Of a stretch of DNA of 64,000 nt, positions 61,665 through 64,000 are shown piece after piece. The notes beneath the pieces are model-generated. The model was not told the origin of the DNA, did not search any database, and worked only from the letters and a program-made list of their open reading frames with translations. The DNA comes from Candidatus Anderseniibacteriota bacterium (GTDB taxonomy: Bacteria > Patescibacteriota > Andersenbacteria > UBA10190): positions 7,916-71,915 of the forward strand of contig JBBDOX010000007.1 of the NCBI GenBank assembly GCA_040876835.1, read 5' to 3'. The position numbers and the translations under genes are program-made. How positions within the stretch are numbered: the first letter of the stretch is position 1; the number at the start of each line of letters is the position of its first letter.

Positions 61665-64000
61665 ATGTCTTTCTTAGGTTTGATTGTAGTTGTCGTTATA
61701 GTTGCCGGCGTCGCTGTGGCATTGTGGATGCTATGGAAGTTGATACTCGAGCAGGCGCGGCTGAGACGTACTCTTGATATACAAATGCTCCAAGTGCTTT
61801 TGCCGAAGGACTTGGACCCGCAAGAGCGAGAAGAGGGTTTAGGAGATCAAACCAAAGAACGAATTTCCGTGGCTGAGCAATTATTATCAACGCTCTCGCA
61901 CTTACCAACGCGCTTATGGGATCAGTTGCTCTATGGCCAGCCGATTATCGTGTTGGAAATTATTGCCCGCTCTGATGATAAAATTGTTTTTTATGCTGGG
62001 ACAGAGCGTCGTTACCTTGACCACCTGGAGAAGCAAATCTACGCTCACTATCCTGAATCGGAAGTAACACTTGCCTCTGATTTCACCATCTTTGAGCCCG
62101 GGGATACTATTTTAACAGGAGTGCTTCGTTTGGGTCGCAAGCAGCATTTACCGCTCGCTACCTACAAGGAACTAGAAGCTGATCCGATGCAGGCACTAAC
62201 GGGAGCATTGGCTAAAATTCGAGACGGAGATGCGGCAGTAATTCAACTTGTATTGCAGCCCGCGTCCAAACGGGCTAGTAAAAAAGCAGCTCTGGCTACT
62301 CGGCGGACTGTCCGGGGTCGACAATCAGATGTCGGAGGTAGAGGAGCTATTGGTTTGTTAACTGATCTTAAGACTGCTACTAAGAGTGCTCAGGAAAAAC
62401 AGGAGGCACGTCAGGAAAGCACGCAGCTAACTCAGCGTATGCAACAGCGGGTGGAGCTTGTTGAGCAGAAAATGGTACAGCAGCAGTTTAATGTCAATAT
62501 TCGTCTGGGAGTCTCTACTCGAGGTGCGGATGAAGCAGAGAGGGTATTTAATGCGATTGTGGGGGCATTTTCCCAATACGATTTACCGGATCTTAATATG
62601 CTGCGGCTTAAGCGCCCTACCCGTCCGTCCGGATTTCTGAGAGATCTTATCTTCCGTGTGCCACGCTCTGGAACAGCAAATGTCTTAAGTACAACAGAAA
62701 TTGCTTCCCTTTTTCACTTCCCGTTACCGACTACTGGTACGCCAAATATTTTGTGGCGTGGTGCGAAGATAGCGCCAGCTCCGCCTGACTTGCCAACTGC
62801 GGGTGTGCTGCTTGGGTATAACAAATATCGAGGAGTTGATCAGCCTGTATACCTAGCTGATGAAGATCGTCGCCGTCATCTGTATATGATTGGTCAAACA
62901 GGAACCGGCAAAACCACACTATTTCTGAATATGATTGTGCAAGACATTCAGGCTGGTCGGGGAGTGGGTGTGGTAGATCCTCATGGGGATCTGATCGAAG
63001 ACATCCTGCTTCATATTCCCCCCGAGCGTTTGAAAGACGTAGTGCTGTTTGATCCTCGTGATAAAGATAGGCCACTCGGATTTAACATTTTGGAGACTAA
63101 AGACGAGGGGCAAAAAGATCTAGTCGTTAATGAGGTGGTACAGATTCTGCAAAAACTGGCCGCCCGTCTCAATCCTGAATCGGTGGGACCTATGTTTGAA
63201 CACTACTTACGTAATGCGTTGTTAGCCTTGGTAGAAGACCCTAACGCAACCTTGATCGATATACCGCGGATGTTTGTAGATGAAGAGTTTCGGCAGTCAA
63301 TTATTAAGAAGAACACTAACCCGACTGTTCTGCAGTTTTGGGAAAAAGAATTTGCGCAATCACAACGGGGGCAAATGTCGGCTGATATGCTTAGCTACGT
63401 GATCAGTAAGTTAGGGCGGTTCATAAGCAATGAAACAGTGCGTAATCTGATTGGACAGGCTAAATCGTCCTTTGATGTCCGGACTGTAATGGATGAGCAG
63501 AAAATTTTGCTTTGTAACCTTTCGAAGGGAATATTAGGAGACATCAATTCAGACTTATTGGGATTTGTGTTGGTATCAAAAATTCAGATTGCTGCTTTAG
63601 GGCGGGCGAATATGCCGGAAGACCAGCGCAAGGATTTTTATCTGTATCTTGATGAGTTTCAGAACTTTACAACTGACAGCATCTCAACTATTTTATCCGA
63701 GGCGAGAAAATATAAGCTTAACTTGAACCTGGCCCATCAGTTTATTCAGCAACTTGAAGAAGGAATTAGAGATGCAGTGTTTGGCAACGTAGGAACGCTG
63801 GTCAGTTATCGTATTGGAGTTGATGATACGGAGTTTATGGCCAAGCAGTTTCAACCTGTCTTCAAAGAATATGACCTGCTTAATCTGAACCGGTTTACAG
63901 CAATTCTTCGCTTATTAGTCCACGGCACACCGCAGCGACCGTTCAGCTTAGCTGTTCCGGCACCCCCTATGAGCGGCGATACGCAAACACGGGAAGCGGT
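61665..64000 (+). CDS. VirD4/TraD/TraG-like type IV coupling protein ATPase (3' partial, runs off window)
   Basis: Hand-translated ORF absent from the track because it has no in-window stop. The N-terminal TM is 'MSFLGLIVVVVIVAGVAVALWMLW'. Walker A is 'MIGQTGTGKTTLFLNMI', followed by 'VVDPHGDLIEDIL' (TrwB_AAD_bind-like D-P-x-G-D). The Walker B region is 'FYLYLDEFQNF'. Confidence 0.65.
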   Translation, partial: MSFLGLIVVVVIVAGVAVALWMLWKLILEQARLRRTLDIQMLQVLLPKDLDPQEREEGLGDQTKERISVAEQLLSTLSHLPTRLWDQLLYGQPIIVLEIIARSDDKIVFYAGTERRYLDHLEKQIYAHYPESEVTLASDFTIFEPGDTILTGVLRLGRKQHLPLATYKELEADPMQALTGALAKIRDGDAAVIQLVLQPASKRASKKAALATRRTVRGRQSDVGGRGAIGLLTDLKTATKSAQEKQEARQESTQLTQRMQQRVELVEQKMVQQQFNVNIRLGVSTRGADEAERVFNAIVGAFSQYDLPDLNMLRLKRPTRPSGFLRDLIFRVPRSGTANVLSTTEIASLFHFPLPTTGTPNILWRGAKIAPAPPDLPTAGVLLGYNKYRGVDQPVYLADEDRRRHLYMIGQTGTGKTTLFLNMIVQDIQAGRGVGVVDPHGDLIEDILLHIPPERLKDVVLFDPRDKDRPLGFNILETKDEGQKDLVVNEVVQILQKLAARLNPESVGPMFEHYLRNALLALVEDPNATLIDIPRMFVDEEFRQSIIKKNTNPTVLQFWEKEFAQSQRGQMSADMLSYVISKLGRFISNETVRNLIGQAKSSFDVRTVMDEQKILLCNLSKGILGDINSDLLGFVLVSKIQIAALGRANMPEDQRKDFYLYLDEFQNFTTDSISTILSEARKYKLNLNLAHQFIQQLEEGIRDAVFGNVGTLVSYRIGVDDTEFMAKQFQPVFKEYDLLNLNRFTAILRLLVHGTPQRPFSLAVPAPPMSGDTQTREA

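Noticed and set aside
1-64000. CRISPR arrays, transposases, integrases and phage genes
   Set aside because: No regularly spaced direct repeats or recognisable mobile-element enzymes were seen. The only mobility-type content is the T4SS-like ATPases.

Overview
This 64 kb window is a chromosomal segment with compact, frequently overlapping genes. It uses the standard genetic code, because TGA serves as a stop in several ATGA start/stop overlaps. Background GC is roughly 48-50%. The gene content looks like a reduced-genome Gram-positive-like bacterium, plausibly a Patescibacteria/CPR (Saccharibacteria-like) organism, but that is inference from gene content only. The window spans the replication origin. 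On one strand sits rpmH-rnpA-yidD-yidC-jag. It faces dnaA-dnaN-recF-DUF721 on the other. Exact TTATCCACA DnaA boxes lie upstream of dnaA, and a G-depleted AT-rich dnaA-dnaN spacer marks a sharp strand-composition switch. Housekeeping genes include the 5'-truncated nrnA-like DHH phosphoesterase, ymdB-like, HU, tRNA-Pro(TGG) and tRNA-Gly(TCC). Others are UvrD/PcrA, rsmA, PBP1A, ruvC, a short YebC, ruvB, a CDP-alcohol phosphatidyltransferase, a YvcK-like protein, a PilB/GspE ATPase, glmS, uppP, tsaE and polA. The accessory content is the more interesting part. (1) 13.2-21.1 kb is a Gram-positive-style conjugation/T4SS-like locus: surface proteins, a VirB6-like polytopic protein, a PrgI/VirB3-like protein, a VirB4 ATPase split into two ORFs in different frames, and a VirB2/TrbC-like pilin candidate. 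A VirD4/TraD-like coupling-protein gene runs off the 3' end of the window and was not on the ORF track because it has no in-window stop. (2) Two paralogous membrane-anchored proteins with thrombospondin-type-3/dockerin-like Ca-binding Asp repeats each precede a secreted protein. Between them is a roughly 0.8 kb, roughly 60% GC, high-GC3 lipoprotein gene that is clearly compositionally foreign. (3) An ATP-grasp (RimK-like) protein is fused to a retropepsin-like DTGA protease. It sits next to a PKD plus polytopic-membrane protein, matching the computationally predicted and uncharacterised peptide-ligase/7TM-transglutaminase systems. (4) A three-gene SucC-like/SucD-like/citrate-synthase-like operon resembles citryl-CoA synthetase plus lyase, or a split ATP-citrate lyase. 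(5) A cell-surface polysaccharide locus has two O-antigen-ligase-like genes, three GT2 genes and a Wzx flippase. (6) Other items are a lamin-tail-domain surface protein, a second DHH/DHHA1 phosphoesterase, a CAP-domain protein, a candidate structured RNA downstream of polA and a small acidic ORF with its own SD and terminator. No CRISPR array, transposase or integrase was seen. All calls come from reading the sequence and translated ORFs; no database search was run.
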